This document shows positions 17,807-28,085 of a DNA stretch of 64,000 bases, in pieces. The notes below the pieces were generated by a model. That model was not told the DNA's origin. It worked only from the letters and a program-made list of their open reading frames with translations, and made no database searches. Position 1 is the first letter of the stretch. Each line of letters opens with the position of its first letter. Source of the DNA: Syntrophaceae bacterium (GTDB lineage Bacteria > Desulfobacterota > Syntrophia > Syntrophales > Smithellaceae). The position numbers and the translations under genes are program-made. The stretch is taken from contig WRPE01000005.1 in assembly GCA_009773315.1 (NCBI GenBank), positions 23,842 through 87,841 of the forward strand, given 5' to 3'.

Positions 17807-20197
17807 TTATAGATCCGTCAAACTGAACCCGCCCGTTAGAGCTGATCGGAATTCCGCTGCTGTTTCTATTTTCATAACCCTCTCTTCTCCGGCTATTTCA
17901 TAGGCGCATTGCACTATCAGCGATTCCTGACTAATGGCGGATTTGTTGAAATAGCAATCCAATTGAATGGTCGTGGTTTTCTCTTTTATCAAGACGGGAA
18001 TTACCTGCCCTTTAATCTCCGCGATAGGTTTCACGACCGTCATGCGCAGGATTCGGATATCTTCCGGATTAGGGTTCAACATCTCTATCCTTAAAGGAGT
18101 GATCCGCTGAATGTGAAAAACCGCTTTACCCGATGCAGTATCCACTCTTAAGTCCAAGAAACGTGCTTTCGGCGCATTCCAGGCAGCCTTCACAGCTTTA
18201 AAGAAAGCCGCCGGGACGATCACCTCCTCCGGTGTGGCGCCCCCGTGCGTATATCCCTTCCCCCTCTTACCGGCGCGAACGGTATGGTGGCCTCGTGGAA
18301 TAAAGAAGACATTGTCGCCGATCGTAAAGGGTGGGATAAAACGGTATCCTAAATCCCAAAGATTCGCCGGCACTGCATCGGCAATGCCTTTTTCGATCAC
18401 GGCAAAGCGGCGGCGTTCATCAGGAAATAGTTTATTCAGCGTCTTTGACTCGAATGCCTGAGCTTCACTATCCAAGATGAAACAGGCGCCATGGTCTGTC
18501 AAGACATAGAGACCGAAGGATTCTCTTTGGCCAGGGCAACGGTCCAGGAGCGCGGCGACCGTGTCACTCACCCGCATGAACAATCGATGGAGTTCTCCCT
18601 CATGGGTCTCACCTTTCGCTTCCGGATCGCCATGAAGTATCTCATCGCCGGCAAGTAAATTGAGGTAAAGAACCGTCGGCTCGGTGGGCGCTGAGAAATC
18701 AGCAAGCTTTTTTAGATCCGACAAGTAGATGACTTTCTTGCCATCCCAGTCATTCGCTGCTCGTTCATGGAGGAGCGCGTCATAAGACTTTGGCGGAGAG
18801 TTCCAGGCCCCACTGAACAGAGCCGGTTTCACAAACTCCGTATCCGTTGGCAGGGGCGCAAAGCGATACGCCAGGGCATGGCGATTTAAACCCGTTTTCC
18901 GCAAGGCATCTTCAAATATCGGCCAGAATGTTACCGGAAGCCCATCTGCCAAGATGATCAACGAAAGCGATTCACTGCGGATAGAATCGCGAAAAGAATG
19001 GAGGGTATGAATCGAGCTTATTTCAGCGTTCTGATGAACAGCCGCATAGTCTCGGATATACCAATCCGTAAATAATCGCACGGCCTCCTCCACATCTTCA
19101 TCATAGTGGCTATTTTTCGTCTGCCAATACCGATACGGCAAGTAGGAATCCACTGCCCAGGCTGCCCACGCCGATGGACTATTCAGCGAATCCTTATCCG
19201 GTAGAGCCGGTTTGGGTGGCACCACCAGGTAATCAAGGGTTGTCAACTCGGTAGTTTCTAACCCAGTACATTGTCGGAATTTTTCCTTCACGGTGGCAAT
19301 ATCTTGCGCTACCGGGGCAAACCGGCCGGCTTTCAAAAGGCTTTTTACCAGCTTGAATTCCAAAATCAGTAGTCCAGAGGCAACCTTAACTACTTTTTGA
19401 AAGGCATTGCTGGAATCAACTTCCTGAACGATGTCCTTAAAGAATAATGCTATTTGTATCGCCGCTTCTTCAATGGCTAAAAGCTCCAGGGGAAGATCCT
19501 TCAATAACGCCAGAGGGATGCTCCGTAAAATGTTTGCCTGCTGCAATGATATGACATATTCAAGAAGTTTAGGAGGGTATGCTCCGAGCAGTACATAAAG
19601 GCTCATGTCCCGCCATAGATTTTCCGCCCGACTGATAAGCACGGGTAACAATACCTTTTCCCAATCCTGATCGGCATGCGAAAGCCAGATTTCCCCTTGC
19701 TCAAGCAAACAACGGGAAAGAAGAGGATAACGATCAAATACACTTTTCGCTTCCTCGCGGTAAAGAGCGGGCACTATTTCGGCAATACGGCTTCGATCGA
19801 ATTGATTCCCGCGAAATGAAGGCCCTAAGAGATGGACCAGGAGCGCTTCTGCAAAAGGGCAGAGCTTTTCATTCTTTACATCCAAATCGAGAAGCTTTTG
19901 CGATACAACGTCCTCATCCGTTAACCATTCCGGCAAGGTAACATTCCACGTCTCAGAAAGGATGAGCCGCGCCGTTTTCTCAACACAATCAAAGGGCAAT
20001 TGGATCTGCTCGCAAAAATGCTGCAGCCAGGCAAAGAGATAACGCTTCCGTACCCAGATTTTCAGAGATTTATTCTTGGATACTTGAGCGATAAGGGCGT
20101 GACAGGCTTTCACGTAACCCGCCTCCCCCTCTGCCAGAAAAACGCCCTCAGGCAAGACATGGCTATAGTCGCCAATGTAGCTGATTTCAAATTTCAT
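17807..20197 (-). CDS. pglZ: PglZ alkaline-phosphatase-fold BREX protein
   Basis: LIILADGL, LPTDT, DEILH, LTDHG, YTHGGATPEEVIVP. Confidence 0.85.
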   Translation of the reverse strand: MKFEISYIGDYSHVLPEGVFLAEGEAGYVKACHALIAQVSKNKSLKIWVRKRYLFAWLQHFCEQIQLPFDCVEKTARLILSETWNVTLPEWLTDEDVVSQKLLDLDVKNEKLCPFAEALLVHLLGPSFRGNQFDRSRIAEIVPALYREEAKSVFDRYPLLSRCLLEQGEIWLSHADQDWEKVLLPVLISRAENLWRDMSLYVLLGAYPPKLLEYVISLQQANILRSIPLALLKDLPLELLAIEEAAIQIALFFKDIVQEVDSSNAFQKVVKVASGLLILEFKLVKSLLKAGRFAPVAQDIATVKEKFRQCTGLETTELTTLDYLVVPPKPALPDKDSLNSPSAWAAWAVDSYLPYRYWQTKNSHYDEDVEEAVRLFTDWYIRDYAAVHQNAEISSIHTLHSFRDSIRSESLSLIILADGLPVTFWPIFEDALRKTGLNRHALAYRFAPLPTDTEFVKPALFSGAWNSPPKSYDALLHERAANDWDGKKVIYLSDLKKLADFSAPTEPTVLYLNLLAGDEILHGDPEAKGETHEGELHRLFMRVSDTVAALLDRCPGQRESFGLYVLTDHGACFILDSEAQAFESKTLNKLFPDERRRFAVIEKGIADAVPANLWDLGYRFIPPFTIGDNVFFIPRGHHTVRAGKRGKGYTHGGATPEEVIVPAAFFKAVKAAWNAPKARFLDLRVDTASGKAVFHIQRITPLRIEMLNPNPEDIRILRMTVVKPIAEIKGQVIPVLIKEKTTTIQLDCYFNKSAISQESLIVQCAYEIAGEERVMKIETAAEFRSALTGGFSLTDL

Positions 20198-23100
20198 GAA
20201 TCACTCTTCCCTACCAGATTTTCATGAATGGCCTTTACCAGCTTTTCCCTGGCTTCTATTGATAGTAGGCCCTGTGCAACGCCCTGTTGCAAAAGTGACT
20301 TCAGGACGGCAACTAAACCCTCGCGACTATCGGGAAACTTAAATGAAGCTTTTTTGTTTCCAAAAAGATCCCTATCCACGGCAACTTCATATTTTTTTGC
20401 TTTGTTGACCACCTCAATGGCAACCACATCGCTTAAGTTGCCATGCTCGTCCCGAGCGCGCATTTTGACAATGACACTTGCCTTTTCTTTTACAAAATCG
20501 GAAAGATCCATTTCTTCCTTGACGCGTAAGGCAGTTTCTGAATTTTTAGGATCATCCCCTGTGATGGTGTAGATCATTTCTGCGGCGCCCTTAGGTACGA
20601 AAATAACCGGCTTTTCGCCTTCGCCGATTTCATAAGTTTTTTTGGCTATTTTAGGAATGGGAACATCGGGTTTGGCCTCGTCTATTAAGACCTTGGCCTG
20701 CTTAATTTTTGCCACATAATCCGCTGTTTGGACAGTCGTCCAGTCTACCACTGGTGTAAATCCATACGCCTCGGGCAGTTTTTTGTAGAGTCGCGTCTTC
20801 ATGTCATCAGATTTGGCCAGTTGTGAAAGCAACCCGTAAGCTTCACCTTCATCATATTTCGATGGGTCACGCTGGTTTGGGTTCAACCCTTTGTACCACT
20901 TATCAAGAGCGGCCTCGCATTCCACAACATCACCCGTTGCATCAAAGACTTTACAAACTGCCTGGGCAATGGAATTTTGAAGACTCTGAAGCCCGGCATC
21001 AAAAAGTTTGACGTCGGAAGCGAACGCCTCACCAATGGCCTGAACATTCTTTTCCAAAAGATTATCTCCGGCTGGCTCATTGCTATACAGGGATGGCAGT
21101 CCATGCAAAATAAGATCAAAGCGTTCAATGTGCCCAGCATCATCAAGCAATGCTTTCAACTGCTTCAATCTCGGCTGTTCTTTCTTTTCATAGAGATCCA
21201 CAATCCTGGCTGCCTTGGGAAGTTCTCGCCACCATGTCTTTACCAGTTCTACCGTTTTTTCAACGGAGCGGACTTCACCGTGCTTCAGAGCCGGCGCATG
21301 AACCGCCTTGGCAACGACATCCACCAATTTGCGCTGAGCTTCTGAAATCTGGAAAACCTCCACAACGACCTTTGTGGCCGGGTCCGCCACAATTTGAATG
21401 ACGTCTTCATAAGTCCTGATATTCTTTTCCACAGTTTTTGTCGTGTCGGTATATATTCGCAAGCTCTCACCAAAAGCGCGGAGCACATGCGCAAGAGCAA
21501 GAGTCTGAGCTGTCCCGCCGGCACCATAAGGCGGTTTCCCGACATCGCAAAGGAAATTGCCCAATGCCAGCATTTTGCCTGCCGGCAGGCTTTTAAGTTC
21601 CGTGCACAATGCCTTCAGCACAGGGTAGTTATCTGAAATCTTACCGGGGTCACTTTCACAATCAAAATACGTTACTGTTCCTTCCTTTCCAATCATTCTT
21701 AGTGCGCCCGCGCCCTTTAGAAGAACTTTCTCTAAGTAGCGCTTTTCTCCGTGATTATCAGGGTTCCCATTGTCAATCATCACCCGATCCGATTCGAGCA
21801 ATACCTTGACTGCCTGCTTCAATGCATTGTTCTTGCCTGTTCGCCATTTATCATCATGGCAGGTATTCAAGTCGGGGTGACTTATGCGACAGCGTTTCTT
21901 ATATAGATTTTCGCAGAGCTGGTCTGCCGGGCGGTGTGGCTGAGGAGGCTGGTCCACTAGAACCTGCTCATCCTTCCCATACCAGCATGCCTTTTCGCCG
22001 CTTGAGATGTCCCGGAGTATCCGTTGCAACTGGACACGGTAACCGTCCTCGCCGTTTTCAAAAATATCGCGCAATCTTGACTCCGTCTGTGCACTAATCT
22101 TGACAGCCTCATTCGGAGGCAAGTAATAACGGCAGGCTTTAACACGCAGCAGTGTATCGATGAAGGGTTGCGGAGCGTGAGGAATCGCGACGGCTATGTT
22201 CTCATTGGGAACGTCCTTGACAGCGTTTCTGGCAATTTGAATATCCGTCTCGTTCTCACAAAGGGCATAAATAACCGTTCCTTCGCTTCTATTCTTATCC
22301 TTGGCCAAGTCCTGCTCACATTCCTGCTGGATATCTTTCCAAAGCTTTTTTCCAATGTCCTTCGGACGAACAAAACGCCTCTGAAACCTTTTGTCTTCAC
22401 TGAATGCCAGGTTAAACTGCTTGGCATAGAGGAATTCAAGTTCCTGGGGATCACCAGCCTCCGCAAGCAAGGCTTCGATCTCGTCTTTGGGATGGAGAGA
22501 CTCATCAGTCAAAAAGCGGTCAATGAGGTCGTAGGGGTCTTCTCCTGTGCCTGCGGCAAGCTCGTATGTTTTGGATTGCTGCCGGAAAAATATCGCCCCA
22601 GTCTTCACGAGGACCTTCAGATGACTCTCCATCTTTTTCTTTTCAACTGCGGAAAGACAGTAGATGCCAAACTGTAGATTCTCCAGGTTGGTAGGAATTT
22701 GACAGAGCTCATAGATGAGGATGGTTCGTAGAATTACGAGGCGCTCATCCATCAGATCACCGAACATATCACCCTCGTCGACCTTCCTAAGCGCTTCAAT
22801 GCTGGCGTAGTAACCATTTACGAGCTGGCGCTGCCGTTCACGCAATTCTGTATTTTTCAGGGATAGCTCCTTCTGAAAGAAGCCAAATAATTGATCCACA
22901 ACATAGAGATTAAGTTTGCCGCCGCTAATAGTGATATCCGACTTGGCAATGAAATCGGCAAACGACCCTTCCGCACCGCCGACATCCCCGGAAAAGAAGG
23001 TGAACGTGCTGCGAGCGTCTGATCCTATCTCGGAAGAGAGTTTCAAAAGACAGGCCAGAGCCATGGGATGCATACCGTAGATATCTTCCAGAACCTTTTC

Positions 23101-24249
23101 TCGGATTTTCTTCATGTCCTCAAGCCAGGGGAAAAGTTTCAGAGAAGTGCAAACCGGCAGGAATGAGTCAAACAGGGTTGTTTTCGGTTGTATCTCCTGC
23201 TTCCATATCGCGGAGTCCTTTTCCACTTCCACAATAGCGCCGATGATCTCCTCAACCCCTTCGTTTAATAGATCCACCTGGGTTATACGCGCGCTCATCA
23301 CAGCCGCATCGTCCTTGCTGTAACGATCCGCATAGGCCTTAAAATCCTTATGAATGCAGCCGACGAACATGATATTGGGCTCATTCTTACAAAGGGTTTC
23401 CATGAAGCCCTGGAGAATGTCTTTCGAATATGTCGCCTTTTCGAGCGTGAAGCCAAATTCGTCATAGAGAATGGCAACCCCTTTAAATCGTTCCTTGAAC
23501 TCTTTATTTTTAATCAAATTCCTGATGATGGGGATGATATTGCCGGACTGGGCTTGAAAGACCAATCCCCCCATGATCTCCTGGAAAGCTGTGTGAAAGA
23601 GGTTTAACGTATCCGTATCGAATTCCTTTAGGCGCGACCTCAATTGCTTCACCGATATGCCGGGGGCCGTTTTTGCCAAGGCTTTCTCAAAATCCTCGTA
23701 AAAATTCCGAACTCCTTTGCCGCCTTTTTTCTCCCATTCATCGAGAATGCGCAGGACTTCATCGAATTCCGTCTGCAACTGCGCGTCAAGCCCCATCGCA
23801 CGGCAGGCATCGAATATCGCCTTTAAGACAACTTCTTCAAAGCGTTTTCCTGAATGATAATCACAAATGACTACCAGATACTGGCCGTCCTTTCGGACAT
23901 TTCTGAGCATCTTGGCCTTATTGGGATCGAGTTTTTCATAATTGCTGTAAAATCCTTTCACCCCCGGATCACCGCTGGAACGGCTGAGGGCATTGGCCAG
24001 CATAAGGGAGAGATGGGACTTCCCTGTTCCATAAGAGCCGCTGAGCAGGTAAAATTTTCGGTCGTTCGGCTGGTACAACCCTTGGCAGATGCGCTCGAAA
24101 GCAGCCCGATGCGACTTAGTTGGACGATACATGGCCATACGATCGTCATTTTCCTTCGCCTCTTCGTAGGCGCTTTTTAGGTTCACAAAGTTGGCGTACC
24201 CAGTCTTTAGCTTTACGACATCCGCAATTTTCCCCATTTGATTCCTCAT
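20194..24249 (-). CDS. brxC: BrxC/PglY-like large P-loop ATPase (DUF6079-like) with C-terminal Fn3/chitobiase-like domain
   Basis: LLSGSYGTGKSHL Walker A, ILYDEFG Walker B, YGMHP...ARSTFTF; C-terminal IYTITGDDP...VKMRARDEHGNLSDV. ATGA-coupled to pglZ. Confidence 0.8.
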   Translation of the reverse strand: MRNQMGKIADVVKLKTGYANFVNLKSAYEEAKENDDRMAMYRPTKSHRAAFERICQGLYQPNDRKFYLLSGSYGTGKSHLSLMLANALSRSSGDPGVKGFYSNYEKLDPNKAKMLRNVRKDGQYLVVICDYHSGKRFEEVVLKAIFDACRAMGLDAQLQTEFDEVLRILDEWEKKGGKGVRNFYEDFEKALAKTAPGISVKQLRSRLKEFDTDTLNLFHTAFQEIMGGLVFQAQSGNIIPIIRNLIKNKEFKERFKGVAILYDEFGFTLEKATYSKDILQGFMETLCKNEPNIMFVGCIHKDFKAYADRYSKDDAAVMSARITQVDLLNEGVEEIIGAIVEVEKDSAIWKQEIQPKTTLFDSFLPVCTSLKLFPWLEDMKKIREKVLEDIYGMHPMALACLLKLSSEIGSDARSTFTFFSGDVGGAEGSFADFIAKSDITISGGKLNLYVVDQLFGFFQKELSLKNTELRERQRQLVNGYYASIEALRKVDEGDMFGDLMDERLVILRTILIYELCQIPTNLENLQFGIYCLSAVEKKKMESHLKVLVKTGAIFFRQQSKTYELAAGTGEDPYDLIDRFLTDESLHPKDEIEALLAEAGDPQELEFLYAKQFNLAFSEDKRFQRRFVRPKDIGKKLWKDIQQECEQDLAKDKNRSEGTVIYALCENETDIQIARNAVKDVPNENIAVAIPHAPQPFIDTLLRVKACRYYLPPNEAVKISAQTESRLRDIFENGEDGYRVQLQRILRDISSGEKACWYGKDEQVLVDQPPQPHRPADQLCENLYKKRCRISHPDLNTCHDDKWRTGKNNALKQAVKVLLESDRVMIDNGNPDNHGEKRYLEKVLLKGAGALRMIGKEGTVTYFDCESDPGKISDNYPVLKALCTELKSLPAGKMLALGNFLCDVGKPPYGAGGTAQTLALAHVLRAFGESLRIYTDTTKTVEKNIRTYEDVIQIVADPATKVVVEVFQISEAQRKLVDVVAKAVHAPALKHGEVRSVEKTVELVKTWWRELPKAARIVDLYEKKEQPRLKQLKALLDDAGHIERFDLILHGLPSLYSNEPAGDNLLEKNVQAIGEAFASDVKLFDAGLQSLQNSIAQAVCKVFDATGDVVECEAALDKWYKGLNPNQRDPSKYDEGEAYGLLSQLAKSDDMKTRLYKKLPEAYGFTPVVDWTTVQTADYVAKIKQAKVLIDEAKPDVPIPKIAKKTYEIGEGEKPVIFVPKGAAEMIYTITGDDPKNSETALRVKEEMDLSDFVKEKASVIVKMRARDEHGNLSDVVAIEVVNKAKKYEVAVDRDLFGNKKASFKFPDSREGLVAVLKSLLQQGVAQGLLSIEAREKLVKAIHENLVGKSDS

Positions 24250-24383
24250 AATGTGGCGTTATTAATGACCGTCTTATCCGCGGCGCAATTGGCATTAAAT
24301 AACACGATATAATATCGAGTACTTAAAAAATTGCATTACGCCGAACTTACGCCGTAATTGCGCCAATCCCATGCAAAAAACTA

Positions 24384-25187
24384 TTACGGCGATGTCTTGT
24401 CTATTCTTGATACAATCTCCCGCACAACATAATCGAACGCTGCATCAAGGTCATAACTTGCGCCGTCCGGCAGCAGCGATTCGATATCGCTCGCAAAGCC
24501 CGGATGCTTCATTTTCTCCCGGAGGTTCTTTTCATAGGTCTTGCCATCGACGGTATTGCCTTCAAAATCCATGTAGCGCCGGAAGATTTCCACAACACGT
24601 TCAGCGCTTGCTTTCCCTTCCGTAAGACCCAACCACAAATCTATGAGGTCGCGCCCTTTTCTTCGCTGGTACAAGGCGCGCGTTTTCGTCCCGAGCAACT
24701 CCTCAATCGTGTATGTCGTGATCTCGCAGTTTCCCTGAAACCAGCGGGAATCGACTGAGAAAGGAATCTTCCGGAATCCCTCCACGGAAAAATGCTCCCG
24801 CGTATTGATTTCCACTTTCAAGCGCATGGAAACCACCGGAGATCCCTCAGATTCCATTCTATAAATCAAAGTCACGGTCCCTTCCGCCTGATTGCGACGG
24901 GGTTTCCCCAGGAATTCGCCCAGTATGCCTTGAATCTTGTCAATGACCGGTCCGATACCGCCAGGTTCGATCTGAACAAGGTCGATATCCTCCGAGTAAC
25001 GGCGCGGCGGATTGAAGTGCAGCTTGTTCAAGGCCGTCCCTCCCCGAAAGGCCAACTTTCCGGCCAGGAATGGCTCCTGAAAGATGGCCACCAGCGCCCT
25101 GCTCATGATCAAGTCCTGTTCCACCTGGGCATGTGAGATCCAGGGCGCCAAACTGCGCCAGCCAACAATGTGCGCCGACGGAATCAT
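24384..25187 (-). CDS. abiEii: AbiEii-family nucleotidyltransferase toxin (type IV TA)
   Basis: QVEQDLIMSRAL, FRGGTALNK, RYSEDIDL, KVEINTREH, TKTRALYQRRKGRDL. Start overlaps the abiEi stop (ATGA). Confidence 0.9.
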   Translation of the reverse strand: MIPSAHIVGWRSLAPWISHAQVEQDLIMSRALVAIFQEPFLAGKLAFRGGTALNKLHFNPPRRYSEDIDLVQIEPGGIGPVIDKIQGILGEFLGKPRRNQAEGTVTLIYRMESEGSPVVSMRLKVEINTREHFSVEGFRKIPFSVDSRWFQGNCEITTYTIEELLGTKTRALYQRRKGRDLIDLWLGLTEGKASAERVVEIFRRYMDFEGNTVDGKTYEKNLREKMKHPGFASDIESLLPDGASYDLDAAFDYVVREIVSRIDKTSP

Positions 25188-25999
25188 ATATCCGCCTCCA
25201 CTTCCGTATTGATCAGCAGTTGCCAGCGCGGATCTTTTTCTGCGCCCCGAATCGGCAACGAAGGTTCCAGCTTGGCCGGCAGTGGGTTGCGTTCTCTGAT
25301 CCATTCCCTCAGACCCTCTACCAATTCAGAATGACCGGCTCTTTCCAGCAACCATCCCAGCCGCTGTCCATACGCTAGATTGCCGTCGACTTTGACGGCA
25401 TTTACCAGCTTTAACCGATCCATACTTTCCCCAAGTTCCTGCAGGACGGTCAATACACGGTCCAGGCCGCCGATCGCTCTGGCGTAGCGGATCAGATCGA
25501 TTGCAGTTCCTTCTGGAGTTGAAACAGGAATAAAACCGGTTTGAACCTTGGTGGAGACAACAGGGGTCGCCTTAAAGTTGGTCTTGGAAAAAAAGCGGAC
25601 GGACAGGCTCCTGACTTGAAGCCTGCGCAGGGGACCGGTCGTGACAACTTGAAATTGCTGCGGCTGTTGATGGGCGGCACCGTGTAAAGCTGCGGCGCTT
25701 AGCAAACCGACGTAATAGGGCCGTCCCATATGGGTCATCAAATCAGAAATGAACCAGTCGGCGGGCAAAACGCGGGTAGAACTGAATTCAAGAGGGATTA
25801 TAATGTAGAAACCGCTGAGAACTCGAAGTATTCTTTCTTTCTTCTGCAATCTGGAAACTGCCATCTTGAAGGCAATGTCACTCATTTGCAGGTTCTTGAC
25901 AGCCTCCTCGCGGGAGAAGAAATAGAGCCCCTGGGCCTGACGGGCATCGACCCACTCGGCCAACTTGGCAGGAACCGGAGCATCCATCTTTTCGGCCAA
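25184..25999 (-). CDS. abiEi: AbiEi-family antitoxin/transcriptional regulator
   Basis: N-terminal wHTH (GFYIIIPLEF), YYVGLLSAAALHGAAHQQPQ, STPEGTAIDL, QRLGWLLE. Confidence 0.9.
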   Translation of the reverse strand: MAEKMDAPVPAKLAEWVDARQAQGLYFFSREEAVKNLQMSDIAFKMAVSRLQKKERILRVLSGFYIIIPLEFSSTRVLPADWFISDLMTHMGRPYYVGLLSAAALHGAAHQQPQQFQVVTTGPLRRLQVRSLSVRFFSKTNFKATPVVSTKVQTGFIPVSTPEGTAIDLIRYARAIGGLDRVLTVLQELGESMDRLKLVNAVKVDGNLAYGQRLGWLLERAGHSELVEGLREWIRERNPLPAKLEPSLPIRGAEKDPRWQLLINTEVEADI

Positions 26000-26013
26000 G
26001 GCAAACCTCCATT

Positions 26014-26070
26014 AAAGTTAATTTTCGCAGATAGTAGCGGAAGTCGCTACTTTTTGCAAACGATAACTTT
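26014..26070. promoter_or_regulatory. 26-bp-arm imperfect inverted repeat upstream of abiEi (probable autoregulatory operator)
   Basis: aaagttaattttcgcagatagtagcg-gaagt-cgctactttttgcaaacgataacttt; 20 of 26 arm positions complementary. Confidence 0.7.
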
Positions 26071-26117
26071 GCCATTGAGGCGATTCGGGGATCATTGTTT
26101 GCAGCGGGTATTTACTC

Positions 26118-26621
26118 TTATGTCAGCTTCTTGAACAGTATCCTTAATGCTTTCCCTTCTCGAATGTATTCCGTAAATGTTTTCTCCCAATGCCTGGGAT
26201 AGAGGTTTTTCTTATGATAACCAGTGGTCCGGATAGTCTTTTCAATGCTGACTGCCCTTGCTTCAAGATTCATGAAAGCAAGCAGCTTAATGGCGGCCTG
26301 ATCGCAGGTGCAGAAGATAAGCTCCTCATCATTCTGAATCAGACAGGCAATGGCTTCCAACTCCCCGGGATCAATACCCAGCCGGGCTTCTTTGGCTTCG
26401 TCTCGTACCGTTTGCAAATGCTCCACAGCAACATTTTCAATAATGGTGACGCGATCGCTGATAGCGATTTTGGTCCTCGCGCCGTCTCTTTTAAAGTATG
26501 ATGCCTCAGAAAGGACGGTCTTGGTTACATGGATTTCATAACCCTTGATGATCCTATCGAACAAGTCGAGGGTATGAAGGTCGATGATGACATCGGCGTC
26601 AAGCAGCAGCAATTTTTTCAT
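26118..26621 (-). CDS. PIN-domain protein
   Basis: LLLDADVIIDL, VLSEA, IDPGELEAIA, FCTCDQAA acidic tetrad. Confidence 0.8.
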   Translation of the reverse strand: MKKLLLLDADVIIDLHTLDLFDRIIKGYEIHVTKTVLSEASYFKRDGARTKIAISDRVTIIENVAVEHLQTVRDEAKEARLGIDPGELEAIACLIQNDEELIFCTCDQAAIKLLAFMNLEARAVSIEKTIRTTGYHKKNLYPRHWEKTFTEYIREGKALRILFKKLT

Positions 26622-27750
26622 AGTTTTTTACCGCATACCCGGCAGCAGACAGATAATCATCGATTGCGGACCGATCGATCTCCATATACTCGGCAAACAA
26701 CCCTCGTGAAATTTTCCCCTCCATCAGGCAACGGCAAGCAAGAGAAACGTACCGTTGCGGGAACTTCTCCGGCTGATGCTCTTCATACAGCCCCCGGCGC
26801 AGGCCTCGATCCATGTTCCGAAATTCGGCATCACCGAGAATTTTTTCGACCTGGCCTTTCTTAAGTTTTTTGAGATTGACAAGCCTCCACAGAACGGCTT
26901 CCGAAGAAACGCCGAACTCTTTCGCCAGTTCGATGATGTCAACCAACTTCAGTTCCTGATTCACCGCGATTTCCTTTAGAGCAGCAAGCAGATGTTCCTT
27001 CGGCAGGAGCAAACTCGCCGCAAAGCTATCGGCAAATTGCTCCGGCTTCGTTTTACGTGTCCCGTCTCCGATTTCCTCATGCGAGAATATTTTCCACGTG
27101 ACGATGTGGAAGAGCTCATGGGCGAGATCGAAATTCCGCCGCCATGGCGCATCATGGAGATTGATGAGGATGCCCACGCCAAGGGCGCTGTCCACGATGC
27201 TGGCGCCGGACAAACCTTCTCCCAGGTCCAGATGAATAACTTTGAAACGAAGCGTGTTCTCCAGGATGTTCAGAAGATTGCAGGCTGGGCGTGATCCCAG
27301 GTCAAAGCGCTTATGAATGTCGGCGCCAAGCTTGTCGGCCGCCGAAAATCCGTTTTCAATGAAGTCATCACTGTCCAGACTGGTGAGGATTTCTTTCCAG
27401 CGCCGCTTCAAGCCGAGGAGATTTTCCAGGCGGCTGTAATTTTCGAGAAAGTTGAGAAATTGACGCTGCTCCTTTTGAACATCGCTGCCTGCAGTTCGCC
27501 GCCAGAGGGGAACTGGGTCCGATGGGATATTGGCTTCGAAGAAATAATCCAGGGGCCTGCTGTAAAGACGGGCCATCAAGATGAGCTCGCCGGCGCTGAC
27601 GTTCCGAGTTCCCTTTTCGACGGCGGAGAGGATCTGGTAATGCTTGAAACCGAGTTTCCGCGTTGCTTCCACCAGAGAAAAACCAGCATTTTCGCGCGCC
27701 TGAGCAAGCCTTTCGTGAAGATTTTTACCCTCGGTATTTGAAGAGTTCAT
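26599..27750 (-). CDS. XRE-HTH fused ImmA/IrrE-family metallopeptidase
   Basis: N-terminal HTH (ARENAGFS...VEKGTRNV), RRNFDLAHELFH zincin motif, EQFADSFAASLLLP, FGVSSEAVLWRL. Confidence 0.9.
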   Translation of the reverse strand: MNSSNTEGKNLHERLAQARENAGFSLVEATRKLGFKHYQILSAVEKGTRNVSAGELILMARLYSRPLDYFFEANIPSDPVPLWRRTAGSDVQKEQRQFLNFLENYSRLENLLGLKRRWKEILTSLDSDDFIENGFSAADKLGADIHKRFDLGSRPACNLLNILENTLRFKVIHLDLGEGLSGASIVDSALGVGILINLHDAPWRRNFDLAHELFHIVTWKIFSHEEIGDGTRKTKPEQFADSFAASLLLPKEHLLAALKEIAVNQELKLVDIIELAKEFGVSSEAVLWRLVNLKKLKKGQVEKILGDAEFRNMDRGLRRGLYEEHQPEKFPQRYVSLACRCLMEGKISRGLFAEYMEIDRSAIDDYLSAAGYAVKNYEKIAAA

Positions 27751-27762
27751 AACCGCCTCCCG

Positions 27763-27831
27763 ATAAGATTATCTTATGTTTAGTTTTAAATTATTTTCAT
27801 ATTGCATAAGATATTCTCATGGAGATGTCAA
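27763..27831 (-). promoter_or_regulatory. promoter with two palindromic operators upstream of XRE-ImmA
   Basis: ATAAGA-TTA-TCTTAT (27763-27777) and cATAAGA-TAT-TCTCATg (27805-27821); minus-strand TTGACA at 27826-27831. Confidence 0.6.
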
Positions 27832-28085
27832 TATCAAATATCACTCTGGGCTTTTGTCGCGGTTGTTTGTCAATTGGATTTCACTCTCGTCCTGATACGA
27901 ATTGTTTCCATGATCATGCCCTACATAGAAAATAACGACTGTCTCCCCATAAATCTTTTCGGTCTTTAGATGAACGATTGGATGAAAAAGAGGCATCACA
28001 AATCCTTTGTGTTGTAACTCATGCAGAGGAGTAATCTTATGCATAAGGCTGCTATGAAGTAATGAAGCTAATTACCCTTCTCATT

